From contig NC_079171.1 in NCBI RefSeq assembly GCF_947568905.1, positions 22,258,001 to 22,322,000 of the forward strand: a DNA stretch of 64,000 nucleotides. The letters run 5' to 3'. The stretch is from Ostrea edulis (Eukaryota). The position numbers were made by a program, and so were the translations under genes. This document shows positions 23,249-38,098 of the stretch, in pieces. The notes under the pieces were generated by a model. The model was not told the DNA's origin. It did no database searches and was given only the letters and a program-made list of their open reading frames with translations. Each line of letters opens with the position of its first letter. The stretch's first letter is position 1.

Positions 23249-23890
23249 CCCTTATAGATCACCAATCCCTACTGTACATGCCCCTACAGAGCACCAATCA
23301 CTACTGTACAAGCCCCCTTACAGAGCACCAATTATTACTGTGCATATCCCCTTAAAGAGCACCAATCACTACTGGACATACCCCTTCCAGAGCAACAATC
23401 ACTATTGGACACGCCCCTTCACAGAGCACCAATCACTACTGTACACGCCCCTTACAGAGCACCAATCACTACTGTACACGCCCCTTACAGAGCACCAATC
23501 ACTACTGTACACGCCCCTTACAGAGCACCATCCACTATTGGACACATCCCCTTACAGAGCATCAATCACTATTGGACACACCTCCCTCTTACAAAGTATC
23601 AATCACAACTGTACACACGCCCCCTACAGATCACCAATCACTACTGGACACGTCCCTTTACAGAGCACCAATCACTACCGTACTCCCAATCTTACAGAGC
23701 ACCAATCCTCGTTGTGCACCCACTTACAGAGCACCAATCATTACTGTACACGCCCCCTTACAGAGCACCAATCACTACTGTATACGCCCCCTTACAGAGC
23801 ATCAATCACTAAGTACTGCACGCAAGACACGTTACAGAGCACCAATCACTACTGTGTACACCCCCCCCCCTCCTCAGCACAAATCACTGC
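23249..23890. repeat. 33-bp minisatellite (gccccttacagagcaccaatcactactgtacac), about 19 copies
   Basis: Period 33 measured at 23447/23480/23513; explains the three overlapping repetitive ORFs. Confidence 0.95.
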
Positions 23891-26800
23891 TGTGAAAGAT
23901 CTTAAACCTGAATCCCTATGTGGATAATGGCTGTATATTTACTACTTCTGTATGACAATGTAGCATTTTTTTAAATTATGCAAATGCCTTAATCTATTGC
24001 AACGATCTCTCTACCTTCCCTAGACTGTACACGGTATTCATTTAGACCTTACATACCACATAACATGCTCCATGTGTACAGCATTCACACTAGGGAAATT
24101 TGGGGCTAATTTTTTATTAATAAATCTGTGATCTTCTATATTTCCAAGCGTGCAAAAAATGCACAACATTAACCTTAAAATTGACTCTTTTTATGGCATT
24201 GACAAGTCTATATATACAATCAAAAACATATCATTTCGACGTCCGGGTACTTTTGAATACACTTGGTTGTACGGTAAAAATCCGGGTTCATAAAGCCGAA
24301 GGTGATTTCATGACGGACATCCGTAGAATAATAAAACAGATCTATACAAAAAAAAACACATCTTATGCCCATAACATATGTGTAAACAATTTTATTTTTC
24401 TTCATAACCTATACAACTATTTCTCATTTCTCCCTATTTTTTACGGATCATTCCGATATGACTCCATTTTGCATTCGTAAACGAAGCATATGCAAAAGCA
24501 TAATTTAACGTACTCAAATACGTGCACGTCTTAGTACGCTACAGCACTTTCGCCTACTTTATCGGTTACGTTTTTATTCGTTATCGCTTTGTTCCCTTAA
24601 ACATATCGCTCTTTTAAAAGGAATTAGCGAGTTCAGATATGCCATAACGTTTTGAAACACACTGTACATAATATCACAATATCATGAATATTCGTAAGAA
24701 TACTTTAGTTATTATTATTTTTTTTTTATTTTATTTTTTACACTTTCCATGTACAATGATTATTGCAGAGGATGACTATCGGCATTCCAAAAGCACTTGT
24801 TTCTGTAAATAACTTAGGACCTCTGTATATTAATAATAACACAAGGTATCTTGTGTTATTATTAGTATAGAGAGGTCGTAAGTGTTTCACAGAAACATTA
24901 GTGCCTGTGCGGCATTCCCTGAATTTGTAGATTTTTAAAATTCTTTTTTATATCTTTATGTAATGGCACATGATATGCGTAGGTTTTTCAAGTTTTCACA
25001 AAAATACGATTATCTAAATACGGTTATCTAAATGTGTAGCCTATCACGTAATAATTTTAAATGATTAAATGTAATTATTTCACTTAAACATTTATATAAC
25101 CCTAAAACGCTTTACATGCATAACAAACTGAAACAAAGAACAATAAATACATAAAAAAAAAAAAAGTTTCTACATTCTTATTTATTATCAATGGAAAAAT
25201 CAAGTTAAAACATGGGGTTTTATTCCTATTGTTTTACGTTTCCTCGTGCTGCACAATCCCGCCGCAGCTCTGATTCCGCCGAGTGGGGTCAATCAAATGA
25301 ACACCAATGTAGAGATGAAAGCATTTCATTTACAGAAAATGATGAAATTATATTTGACCGTTCCACAAGAAAACACTCGCGGCTATATAAACCCAGGTTT
25401 TTTTTTATGCTGTAGCTGTCCTTTAACAATATGAACCCGGTTTTTCGAATATCCAATTAATTACGCTGCGGCCACAATCTAAATACGGTAGCGCATTACC
25501 GCACCAACATTTTATTTGATGGTTCGTTAAAACACCTCTTATGAAGATTTCTAGTATTTTTTATGGCGAAATTACCATAAGAGGTTTGTTAACGAGCCAT
25601 TAAATAAAATTTTAGTTTAATGAAGTACCTTAAAATCCGACCTTCTCTTACCGTTACACCTTCTCCATTGTGACGGTTAAAGAAGATTTAATTTTAATAA
25701 GACCGACTGCAGCCGCGGAAAGGATATGAATTACTAGATGGTCTCGGTGCAGTGATGCACTACGCCCCCGACTATCAGAGACATGCACTGTGTTACATAG
25801 ATGTACATGCACGTGCATGGTTTTAAACTTTGACAGGTTACCTTGACTTTTTATCTGATATTAAACTTTGACCCCGACCTCAGTTCCGTACATCCCTTTA
25901 AAATCAGGACACAATGTCTATCTGTAGACAGATGGGCAGTATAAAATAATACGCCCCTGTTCTTCTGTCTTGAGAAGCATGAAAATAAAACATGCCCACG
26001 GTTCTTCACAACACCGTGCTACCATTGTACACATTAAAGAACCTCTTTGTTAATCATCGTTACACAAATTTTTTAAATTTCAAATATCATGTATATGTTT
26101 CAAAATTTGAGATGTTCCTAAAATTGATCAGCTGATAGCTAAGTATGAATCAACTTTTATTCAGGAAAAATATCACATAACGCATGAGGAATAAAAACAG
26201 ATAGCACTCATAAGATATACAGAAATGTTCACGAATAGATGTCGTCTCTATATTGTAACATCGTCAGTATATTGCAACATCATTTCTCACTCATTCCACG
26301 CACACATACATGTACATTATTATAATAATTCATACATTATATGACACACCTATAAAAATTCACATTTTCTAACAAGCTCTATTCATTACCACAAAGTTTG
26401 TCAATATCCCAAAATGAAAGAGAAAATTTTAGTTAAAAAATGAAAACATGTATTTATCATCTTTAGTAACAGTCAGTCCTCTGAAAATTTCGTTGTTAAA
26501 CATTTTTCTTACCAAAGCTTGCATATCTAGAATTATTTGTATTCTTACTTCCACATATATATATATATATATATATTCCATACACTGAAGACTCTTTACA
26601 TGAATATACATCACACATTGATTAGAAATAAATTTTAGTTAGGAAGCAATCTGATGACATGTATGACAATCCTTAATTTATGACAAACACTTCACACACA
26701 CTAAAAATTAGATCTACATGTATACACACAATCCACTCATATATATTTTTTTCATGTGATAAAAATGTTCCTCAACCTCTCCATTTATAAATATGCTCTA

Positions 26801-29740
26801 CACAAACTCCTTCTCAATAGCATGAAATTGAGGTAATATTAAATTAAATACGGACCATGACGAAGGGAGATAACTCATTACAAAATATATGCTATACTGT
26901 AAGTACAGAATGAAATCATCTTATAAAACAGGGGCAATTATTACATACAGTATCAGATTTTAGGAATATCATATTTCTTTACTGCAGATATCAATTAAAT
27001 TCCTCAAATATTCAGAATGTTAAGACTATAATGTCAATTTGGTTCAACTCATAAACACTTATTTCAAATTCTCTTAAATTTATGTTTGCTCCAGAAAATC
27101 GTTCATTCAAATTGCAAAAATAAAATAATAATGTTCACAAAATTTAGTTCTGTGCATTATTTGATACCTGAAACTAGAATATATCTACTTTGTGTATATT
27201 GCTGTTTATAAATCGACAAATGCCCTTGAATATGCCTTGTTATCTCTTCCAAATCAATAAATACACGTAATACACACACCAAATACCATATGAAAAAATC
27301 TAGCTTGTATTCGAACATAGAAAGTTACATCATATCTTTACCCATTTTAAACATCGTAACCTGTAACTCATGAACAGTGTAAAATGTTTCAGATTACTTT
27401 ATTTCAAATCAAACGGTAAAAAATTTGTTTCATTACTTTTTTTAATAAAAAATTTATAGCTATGAAATTTTTAAGTGATTTATATTATTTATTTTTATAT
27501 TATCAAATTATTAAATTGTAAAACTTATATTAACATAACATGAAGCACTATTAATAAAATACTGTACGTGATGCCTACATGTAACATGGAGCACTTTCAG
27601 CAAAATATTTGAATTCTGTATTGTAACATTACACGTGGCCGTTGCACTCAACAGCCGAAGGACTAGGTAACTGGTGATATAAAACGTATGAATGAAAACC
27701 CATCTAGATGATATTTCTGGCCCTAATGCTAAAAAAAATCCTTCAATTTCTCTGAAAATCAGTAATTTTGAAGTTGAAATCGCCACAAATTACAATTTTC
27801 CATTCTGATTCCTCTGGAAGATAATGTTAACCATTTCCTCGAAAATTGTCAATCAGTAATTAAAATAAAAATCACAGGCCATGTAGATTAACCAAAACCA
27901 GATTCATACACTTATAATGTCATCCTGATAAACATGAATATACAAGGATTAAAATTTGTCAATTAGCAGAACATGATCAACACATATGGTACATACTGTC
28001 TGAAGTCAGAGAAACATACAATATATGGGACAATTTAAAAACAAACTGGCAGGAAACCCATATTACAGTACATAGTCATTATATTCACTGCTATGACTAT
28101 CATTAATTCTGCATGTCTTATCTACATGTATTCTACTTTATGTACACAGTTATCTTACCTTGAAATGTACATGTATACAGTTTTTAATTAAAGTAAACAA
28201 AATAAATAAAAAGAATCAAATAAGATTATTCAGATGACCTACGGTAGTTCTTTTCTGTTACAAGATGAATGAAATGAACAAACTTCATCTCAATGATTTA
28301 CACAATCTAACACTGGCTGTGTGTTAGAAGACATGATTGTAGAAAACTGATTTCGAATGATTCACGGTAGTCCTTTACAGATTGTCTGTATACAATATAA
28401 ATATGTAGCAGACCCCCACCCCACCCCACCCAATATCCATCACTCTCAGTTACTAGGGTGTATCGTATCATCTTGCCATTTATCAGTAGATCATATAATT
28501 CTAATTGAAAATTTTCCATGCAATAAACCAAAAGCTGTGTTCCTTGGATATCATCTTTCCAAATATGATCATTGTGGGGTTTGTTTTGTTTTGTTTTTGT
28601 TTTTGTTTTTTTTGGGGGGGGGGGGGGGGTCTGTTTCCTTGGTAATTTATTTTCTTTTAAATGAATAACTTTCAATTAACTTTGCATCCCCTCCTTTGAT
28701 TGCGAGGGAAGCTAGAAATTTACTGGCAAGTTCTAGTGGTAAGCTTGCTAGGGTGGTGTATAAAGAAGGGAAAAGTTGGTTTTTTATCACAAGATGGCAG
28801 CAAAGGACGTTACCTGCTGATGCATCTATAACCTATGTGAAATTACTGGGCATAATGTATGCAGCATGCTGGAAGGACAACAAACCTAAATCTCTGTTCT
28901 TCAATGCCGATCTTCCTCAAACTTTGATAATCATGACAGATTTACCTTTGATATCAAAGTTACATTCTAATTAAAAAGTATACTTTTCATGACAACACAG
29001 TTAAGAAATCCCATGAAAACCTGTTGTATATCATAAAAGTTTCATTTACTAATTAAACATAATCTAAAATGAAATATATTATACACACAATATTTTCATA
29101 TGTACAAAAACTTACGTTTAATTTATCTAAATTTGCTACTTAAATACAAGATTTTTCAATCTAAAATGCCAGGTTTCTGTGCAGAGCTCAAAAATTCAAA
29201 GTAGGTTCATTATAAATTTACATTTGTAAGACAACTGAAAAATTGTTGAAAGCAGTAAACAAGCTTGGAGAAGCAAATGAAGCAGTTTCTTTGAAGCATA
29301 CACTGTAGATGTACAAGAGAGAAATATATACTTAAATCTGTGGAAAGTTTCTAAATCACACCAGATCATGTCACACTTCAGACACCAAATTTCTTACAAA
29401 TTACCGGAAAGTCGGGAGAATGGGCAGTGATCCAGTAACACTTGTACAGCATATATTGAGATATAAAAAAATGACAACCCAAGGTTCATACATTGTTGCA
29501 AGAATCATTAATTACCTATCCCTGCTGCACAATATTATGCTCTTATTTCAACAAATGATAAAACAAAGAAATTTAAAAGAAACAGATTTTCTGAACATAC
29601 AACTCTAGTCCTCTGATATGAAGACTGTCTTTCAACAGTAATCACAATATCACATTAATTATCGTTAACATATTCCTAAGAAAACTTGTACGGCAGAATT
29701 TAAACTACATATTCCTGAAGAGGCTACATGAACAGACTGT

Positions 29741-32700
29741 TTACGTCCAATCCTCATCGTCGATATGGAAATATGTGAAACTCCTAAGCCAGTGAAGGGA
29801 AATGTCGTACACAGTGAAACTGGTTCCCACAGCAATCGGGCCTTTGATCCAGTTCATGCTGAGTCCTTTGTAGAGACCCCTCCAGCCCTCGGTTCTCCAG
29901 ACCAAACATACTGTCTTGTAGATGGAGGTGTAGTCGTGGCTGTGGCCTGTCACCCCTGTAATACAGCCATCAGAGTGAGTGAAAGGTCAAGATAACGAAC
30001 AGTCTTGATCAAGTAAAGGAAGTAATCTGTAGTCAAATTGGTGTGAAATAAATCACCGTTTATCAGCAAGGAAGTTATTTTTGCAAAGTCTCTTTTAATC
30101 ACAAAATAAGATTATTAAGTATACTTTTACATGTATACATAGTGTACACAAATCTCAATCATCGAAGAGCTTTACAGAATGTATATACATGTCTCACTAA
30201 TATGTAACTGGAAAGGTGAAGATAATGAACAGTGATCAATTTTGTGACTCCTATAATGAATACAAAATTAAGAGTTGGCCAAACATGGACCCCTGGACAC
30301 ACCAGAGGTGGAATCAGGTGCCTAGGAGGAGAAAACATCCCCTGTTGACCAGTCACACCTGCTGTAAGCCCTATATCTTGATTGGGTGTCATCCGTTGTC
30401 AAACATTAGTGTGTAAACAACAGCAAACAATTGGTATGAAAGATGTCAGACAGCATTTGACCCATTGACAGGTACAATGTAGTATTGGCAAATTACATTG
30501 TTATAATGTCATAGAATTTGCGACATGCTACTAAATTTAGTACAATATCAAAATGGAGGGAAAAGTCTACAAAGTGGGGCATCCTCATACAGGGCACATT
30601 GGAATATTTCCATGGAACCTAGAGTTATTAAAACACAATATCGACCCTGATAGTACATACTACACACAGGATAAATGTCACCCTTATTTTCACCCTTATC
30701 CTACAAGGATGATTTTAAAACTCAATGAATAAAATTCTTTCATTACTTTAGAGTAGCAAGAAATAAACATGGGCAAATTTAGATTTGAACAAAACCATGT
30801 TCCATTGTCTTTGGATGAAAATAAAACAAGGCAAAAATTTCCCTCTATACAGTAAGTCAATTATAGGACTTCACTCTGACAACTTGAAACATATATACAT
30901 GTACATTTAATTATCAAGGCAACAATACATATATTCTTTCCCCAAATTTTACAAATGCTGTAGAATTTTGCAAAAATACTGAAATATACAATAACAGTGC
31001 ACCAGATAACACATTTGCACCTGTAGATGTCTTACCATGAAAGTTACAGATGGTCACAGACAGACATAAGAATATGTTCAGTGATTCCAACACACCCACA
31101 GTGACACACACACAAACAGAAAGAATCCTACCTGCTGTTTGCATCCTGCGACGTACAATGTCCAATGGATAAGAAGCAGATTGCCCTAATAAACCAGCCA
31201 CTGCACCAAAACTCATCCTCTCAATGGGGGTGGGGTCCCGACCATCACAGTGACCTTGAAAAACATTAAGAGGTTCATATGCATATGTAGCTTACAATTG
31301 ATTCAATCAAACATCAGAAGCCTCTGTTATAAATTGGAATTATGAATTAAACATTTGTGCGTCGTGATCGAGTTTCATGTTACAACAAGTCATTTCAAAA
31401 TATTTACATTTCCAATGTTTTCACCTTTGATATCTTTACAAATTCTAATGAGAACCATTTCCTCATCAACTCAAACAATTCATGTATGATTTTTTATATA
31501 AAATATATACAACGATGACTAAGTACACATGATCCACATTTGATTAATTACACTTGGCGCTTTCGCCGTGTAGTTCGGCTCTTCAGAGTGCAACAAGTTT
31601 TACAAAAAGAGTACAATGTACTTGTTGATATATACAAGTAATATATTATATATGAAATAAAATTCATTTTTGAAATTACATGAGGGTATGAACTGCAGTG
31701 TTTCACACGGTCACACTTTTCATGAAGTGTTAATGCGCCTCATGAAGCGTGAAGTGTCGCATTTCATTCAGTCCTGGAATAATCACAATAAATCACCAAT
31801 TTGATTTATATTCAAATAATTTAATTCTTATTGTATCCTTGTCTCTGATTGGTCAATTTCCAATTGAGGAATGCAGGTTATTTTTGTATAACCAAGTTTG
31901 GTCAGCTGGTTTGGTAAGGGGACACACCCCCTTGACAACCAGAGCTGGAACTATTTTTTTTCCCCTCTCTCTCTAAATTTACATTGCAGCTTCACTGTTT
32001 ATAAAGCGTAAACTGACCCAAACCAGGTTATACTCGTATAACTTGCCACGGAATTAAAGTAATTCCTTAAATAGTATCAAAATATACATCTATGTTGTTT
32101 CAGTGTATTTCATTTGATAAAATAAAACCTGTCTTTTCCACTTTAAAAACCTTTACATTCATAAAATTTTGCAGGTCGATTGTACTAAGGTGGACATAAA
32201 GTGCTTCATTATTTTTACACACTCATAGTACAAAGTACCTTCATAAATACACTTCAATAAAATCTACACAGTATCTACTGGATTTCATCTTAATATGTTC
32301 TGCCCTCCTCTTCTTTAAACAGATAGTTGAATTTGCAAAAATCTCTGACAACACAAGCGATTAAAATACTTTGCAGATTGTGGGAAACACTAGGCACTGA
32401 GTGTGGCTGACTTTAATTGCTGTCGTGTTGAACTTTCATTTTTACATGTGACAGTGACCAATGTCTATCAAAAAGCATTGACCTTAACAATTGAGCTCAT
32501 AAACTAAAGAATGTTTGTTTTGTTTATTTCAAAAGATAGACCAAGGGAGAAGTATTAGAGAGACAGACTGTTGTTCATAATTGTCCATGGTAACAATTTT
32601 CACCTAAAAATGTGAAAAGCATCCAAATGCTGTAAACCAACTATTATTCACATGTGAAAATTTTCCGCAATGTTCACAAAAACCTCTAAGTCGCGACGTG

Positions 32701-35700
32701 AACCAGTCCTTTAATGTCTCTCATATTTGTTTCAGATTGTTTAGCTTCTGAAAATTAGTCGCCAAGAACCAGTTTATCACTGGTAAAACACAAAATACAG
32801 TTGTTATTAGTCACCGAGAACCAGTTTATCACAGATAAATCACGAAATTAAGGCGTTATAGTAACCGAGAACCAGTTTATCACTGGTAAATAACGAAAAT
32901 TGTTATTAGTCACCTAGAACCAGTTTATGACTGGTAAATCACGAAATAAAGTAGTTGAGAATAAAGGTTGGCTTAACATACGTATGCTTACAGTACCTGC
33001 ATGCCACTTCTTCAGAGTTTCGTATGTGAAAAAGCTGGCCCCTGAGTAAGGAATCGACCCCAGTACTGTGGGTGTGAAGCCCCTGTAGAGATTGGCAGGT
33101 CCTTCGGATTTCACAATGTGTCGAAACACTGCCCACAAATTGCTGTACCTAAAAGATATTTAAAACAATGAAGCTACTGCTTGGTGATATCAACCTATTT
33201 TGAGGCAGTTTGTGCTTTTTTAACAGTGAATCAATGTGGATTTATCACAATATGAATGTTGAGGACTTAACCACAATATGAATGTTGAGGACTTAACCAC
33301 AATATGAATGTTGGGGACTTATTAACCACAATATGAATGTTGAGGACTTATTAACCACAATATGAATGTTGAGGACTTATTAACCACAATATGAATGTTG
33401 AGGACTTAGTAACCACAATATGAATGTTGGGGACTTATTAACCACAATATGAATGTTGAGGACTTATTAACCACAATATGAATGTTGAGGACTTATTAAC
33501 CACAATATGAATGTTGAGGACTTAACCACAATATGAATGTTGGGGACTTATTAACCACAATGTGAATGTTGAGGACTTATTAACCACAATATGAATGTTG
33601 AGGACTTATTAACCAAAATATGAATGTTGGGGACTTATTAACCACAATAGGAATGTTGAGGACTTAACCACAATATGAATGTTGGGTACTTAATGACAAT
33701 AGGAATGTTGGGGACTTATTAACCACAATATGAATGTTGAGGACTTAGTAACCACAATATGAATGTTGGGGACTTATTAACCACAATATGAATGTTGAGG
33801 ACTTATTAACCACAATATGAATGTTGAGGACTTAACCACAATATGAATGTTGGGGACTTATTAACCACAATGTGAATGTTGAGGACTTATTAACCACAAT
33901 ATGAATGTTGAGGACTTATTAACCAAAATATGAATGTTGGGGACTTATTAACCACAATAGGAATGTTGAGGACTTAACCACAATATGAATGTTGGGTACT
34001 TAATGACAATAGGAATGTTGGGGACTTATTAACCACAATATGAATGTTGAGGACTTGACCACAATATGAATGTTGAAGACTTGACCACAATATGAATATT
34101 GAAGACTTATGTACAGTTTAAATGTTGAGAACTTTTCTGTTTTGTGAATATTGAGGACTTTCTGTTGTGTAAATATTGAGGACTTACTGTTGTGTAAATA
34201 TTGAGGACTTACTGTTGTGTAAATATTGAGGACTTACTGTTGTGTAAATATTGAGGACTTTTCTGTTGTGTAAATATTGAGGACTTTTCTGTTGTGTAAA
34301 TATTGAGGACTTACTGTTGTGTAAATATTGAGGACTTACTGCGCTTTAACAGTGACTGCCATTCTGGCCCTCATCAGGTCCAGTGGATATGTGAGAGATG
34401 AGGATGTTACTCCAGCCATAGACCCCGCCAGGAAGCGCAGGTGTGGAGGAAGATGTCTACAGTACAATCAAAATAGTCACTATAGACACAATATAGACAC
34501 TATAGGCACACATAAACACAATATAGACACACTGTAGACACACTATACATACAGACACAATATATACACTATATGCACACATAAACACATTATAGACACA
34601 ATATAGACACACTGTAGACACAATATAGACACATCATAGACACAATATAGACACACTATAGACACACTATACATACAGGTGTGGAAGATGTCTACAGTAT
34701 AAACAAAATAGACAATATAGACAGGGCTCGAAATTAGCGAAAAATATTCACAAAATGCAAGTACATTTGAAAAACAGCGAGTAAAAATAGTGGACACTCG
34801 AAAATCTTAGCAAGTGGCGATTTACAAACTATGATCATATCGTATCCATTTTATACGGTGATGCGCTATTCGTTTTTCTTAAACTTGCACTCTGAATCAT
34901 ACAAACGCTTACATGAACGACCGAAATCAACAACCGTTTCTATCTGGATTTTTCTTTTATGATATTTTAAGAAACTCAGAGTCAAACAAATGCTTTAGAG
35001 GTCGGGCATCGCATTATGATGAAAAATAGACATGAGCCACGAGTCCTGTTCACCTATAGGGGTGATTAAATTGGATTCGAAGTATGAGGTTTTTGTTATT
35101 CATTTATCTAAAAAAAATTCGGAGTCTATGTTTTACCAAGTCTTCCTGTAGTCATTTTTATCAGAATCATCAGAATGTCCTATCTAAATTAATTTATTGT
35201 CATATTGAGGTCAGGTTGTAGTGATGACACGAGTGCACTGCTCACCGCATAAACGATTATCAAAAAAGTTCATTGGGCTCATGATTGTGCTTCTTATAAG
35301 ACCATGAGTCCGGGATTTGCTTTGAAAAATCACTAGTGACAACCCTGATGTGCCATGAAATTGGGAGACTGGATCTAAACCTGCGGTAAACAGGTTGGGA
35401 ATTAGAGGTGCGATAATCAAGAGGAGACCTAAACATTGCACCATATGACCTACGTAACTTAGTGTCTTATTCCAAACGATGCCTGTTGACCCACTAGGCT
35501 CAGTAATGATGGGGAAAATCATTGATTAAAAAAATATGAAAAAAGAGCACTACTTCTTTATTTTTATTTTAGCTTGTAGGTTTTCATTTTAGCCTGTGGA
35601 TTTTTTACCCACAGGCTAAAAATAGCCTGTGGTAGAAAAAGTTAATTTCAACCCCTGTACAGACACAATATAGTCACTATACAGCAATTTTTTTCCTTAT

Positions 35701-38098
35701 ATAACTGGTACCGATAAACGGTACCATTCCCAATGCCAAAAACCATTAATTTTTCCCAATTTTGAGACTAAAAATTCCCAATTTACTACTTCTTGTTTTG
35801 TAGAACTCTTTTTTCTTTTCTTTTAGTTGAAATCATTTGCCGATACATTGGTAGAAAATTCCCAATTTGTTCGATTTTGATGCTATTTTTCCCAATTGAA
35901 TGGGTACCGGTACCAGTACCAATGGGTAGAAAAAAATCGCTGTTATAGACACAAAATAGTCACAATAGACACACATAAACACATTATAGACACAATATAG
36001 ACACACTATACATACAGGTGTGGAAGATGTCTACAGTATAAACAAAATAGACAATATAGACACATTCTAGACATACTATAGACAAATTCTAGACATACTA
36101 TAGACAAATTCTAGACACACTACACATACAGATGTGGAGGAAGATGTCTGCAGTATATACACACTCAACACCATCTATACACACTCAATACACACATGTA
36201 ATATGTATATACACTCAATATATACACACTCAATACATACACAATATGTATAAAATACACACTCAATACATACACAATAGCTCACACACTCACTTACACA
36301 CAAATGGTCCCATCATTCTCACAATGAATTGAAAGGGGATAATAACCAAAATTTTAAAATATAATTTTATCGCATCCCCCCCCCCCTCTCCCCAAACTGC
36401 AGGGGAAAATTCTGGAGAACTGGGCTTGCTGTGTGTGTAACCACTAAACAAAACTTCTGAAAATCTGTGTTCAGCTTCTTACTGTTTCCTCTTGTCTGTG
36501 CTCAGCAGGCGTTTATACTGTTCATGAGCGGTGTACTGGATAGAGGCATAGGGAATGATCCGCACCATGGTGGCCGAGTTCCCTCTCCAAAGCTTAGTCA
36601 CCCCCTCCTTCTTCACCGTGTCTACGAGGAACAGAATCGCCCCTCTGAAGGAAAACTGTCTGTTGGAAACTGTAAGGATATCACAGAAAATTACAGTTTG
36701 TCAATACTATCTTTTTAGTTGAATTTCGTTTTGAGAGGACTCATTTCAGTAATGTTCTCATAGTATATTAGAAGTTGATTTCTGATCTATCCCAGACTTA
36801 CATAGTTGAGAGGTGCTTTTACAGACTTACTTTGGAAGTTGATTTTTGTTCTGTCCAGCGGTGCTATCACAGTCTTCGCCACGGCTCCGGCCATTGCTCC
36901 AGCAATTAGAGACGTAATAATTTTGTTGTGGTTTGGCACCTACATATATCACAAGACATTTTCAAAACATAATTCAAAAACATTAAAAATGTCATACACA
37001 AACATTGAAGTGTCATACACAAACAATGCAGTGTCATACACAAACATTGAAGTGTCATACACAAACATTGCAGTGTCATACACAAACATTGAAGTGTCAT
37101 ACACAAACAATGCAGTGTCATACACAAACATTGAAGTGTCATACACAAACATTGAAGGTCATACACAAACATTGAAGTGTAATACACAAACATCTTTATT
37201 TCACAATGTAAATAAATCCACAAATGTTTCTTAAAACAAGTTGTCTTAAGCAGAGTATTCCTAAGAACAAATTCTCTTCAACTGTGACGCTTTCGTAATC
37301 ATGTGACACTATGTTTCACAAATGACAAAAATGATGACATCACTGACAAGTTCCCGTACCAAAGTTCACATAGATTTATGAGAAAAACAAGACCCCTGAC
37401 TAGTTTCAAATATTATATATATTTAAATAAAGTCAAATAAAATCTTTACTTACCTGTATATTTCAAAGTTTATTAAAATATTTTCTTAACTGTTTGCTAG
37501 TATAGTTAATATGATAGTTTAACAATATTAAAATGTGTTTGAAATCAACAATTATTTATGAATGTTTTTTTATTATTATTCAATTATGTAATGTGCAATG
37601 GCCAATCGTTTTCATATCTACTGAGCCAAGGGATAGTAAACGTTTTCTAATGACCAGTAAATGTCTAAGCTGATAGCTCGGTATCCTGAGGTCAGCGAAT
37701 AAAAATAGAGTCATAGAAGAAAAATGGAGTTTTGATTGTAACACACTAATTGAAATTGGACTAATTGCATTTAATTTCTACTTACTTTCTATCAATCTTA
37801 TTTCTTAAAATCTTTCACAATCATTACTTCTGTATATTTCACCATAAACTCATATATGTTCCTTTTGACAAATTGGATATTTGGTAGACGTTACATTTGG
37901 GGAATTTGGCTAAGATTTTTACCTTTCACTTAAACTTACTTTTAAATTAATTTCATGTTCCCTGTGGGTGATTTCATCTTCGCTGCCCTCATGCTCCGCC
38001 ATTGTGACTTGAATATCTCTCATGGATGCCCCCCGCATGGCTATTTCTGGAATAATCTGGTCGGCCTTTTCCGTCTTCATGGTTTCTTGATTATGCAT
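29741..38098 (-). CDS. SLC25A42: Mitochondrial coenzyme A transporter (SLC25 carrier)
   Basis: Exons 38098-37940 (start codon uncertain), 36939-36831, 36669-36483, 34456-34340, 33148-32997, 31254-31132, 29955-29741; all GT-AG and phase-consistent. Carrier signatures [32 protein letters not shown]; subfamily motifs [27 protein letters not shown] and [14 protein letters not shown]. Confidence 0.92.
30215..30520 (-). mobile_element. Penelope-like repeat fragment in the last SLC25A42 intron
   Basis: Reverse complement of the 7100 repeat (gaaaggtgaagataatgaacagtgatcaa...caccagaggtggaatcaggtgcctagg). Confidence 0.7.
33245..34335. repeat. Compound intronic minisatellite: 29/26-bp units (ccacaatatgaatgttgaggacttattaa) grading into 25-bp units (ctgttgtgtaaatattgaggactta)
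   Basis: Direct inspection; both units share ttgaggactt; runs right up to the donor at 34339. Confidence 0.95.
34470..36310. repeat. Low-complexity (acacaatatag)-type repeats with duplicated exon-start fragments, interrupted by two TIR elements (34722-35657 and ~35682-35942)
   Basis: TIRs CAGGGCTCGAAATTA / TAATTTCAACCCCTG and CAGCAATTT / AAAATCGCTG; three copies of gtgtgga(gg)aagatgtct(a/g)cagta. Confidence 0.75.
36975..37185. repeat. 21-bp minisatellite (gtcatacacaaacattgaagt), about 10 copies
   Basis: Direct inspection; explains repetitive ORFs 36806, 36906 and 36949. Confidence 0.95.

Noticed and set aside
23340-23927. Repetitive proteins from three overlapping ORFs
   Set aside because: Artefact of a 33-bp stop-free minisatellite; no splice context or start support.
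29765-29995. Plus-strand ORFs 29765, 34328 and 36467, and minus-strand ORF 43351
   Set aside because: Antisense shadows of SLC25A42 and CALML4 exons.
36806-37234. ORFs 36806+, 36906- and 36949-
   Set aside because: Produced by a 21-bp intronic repeat and the antisense of an SLC25A42 exon.
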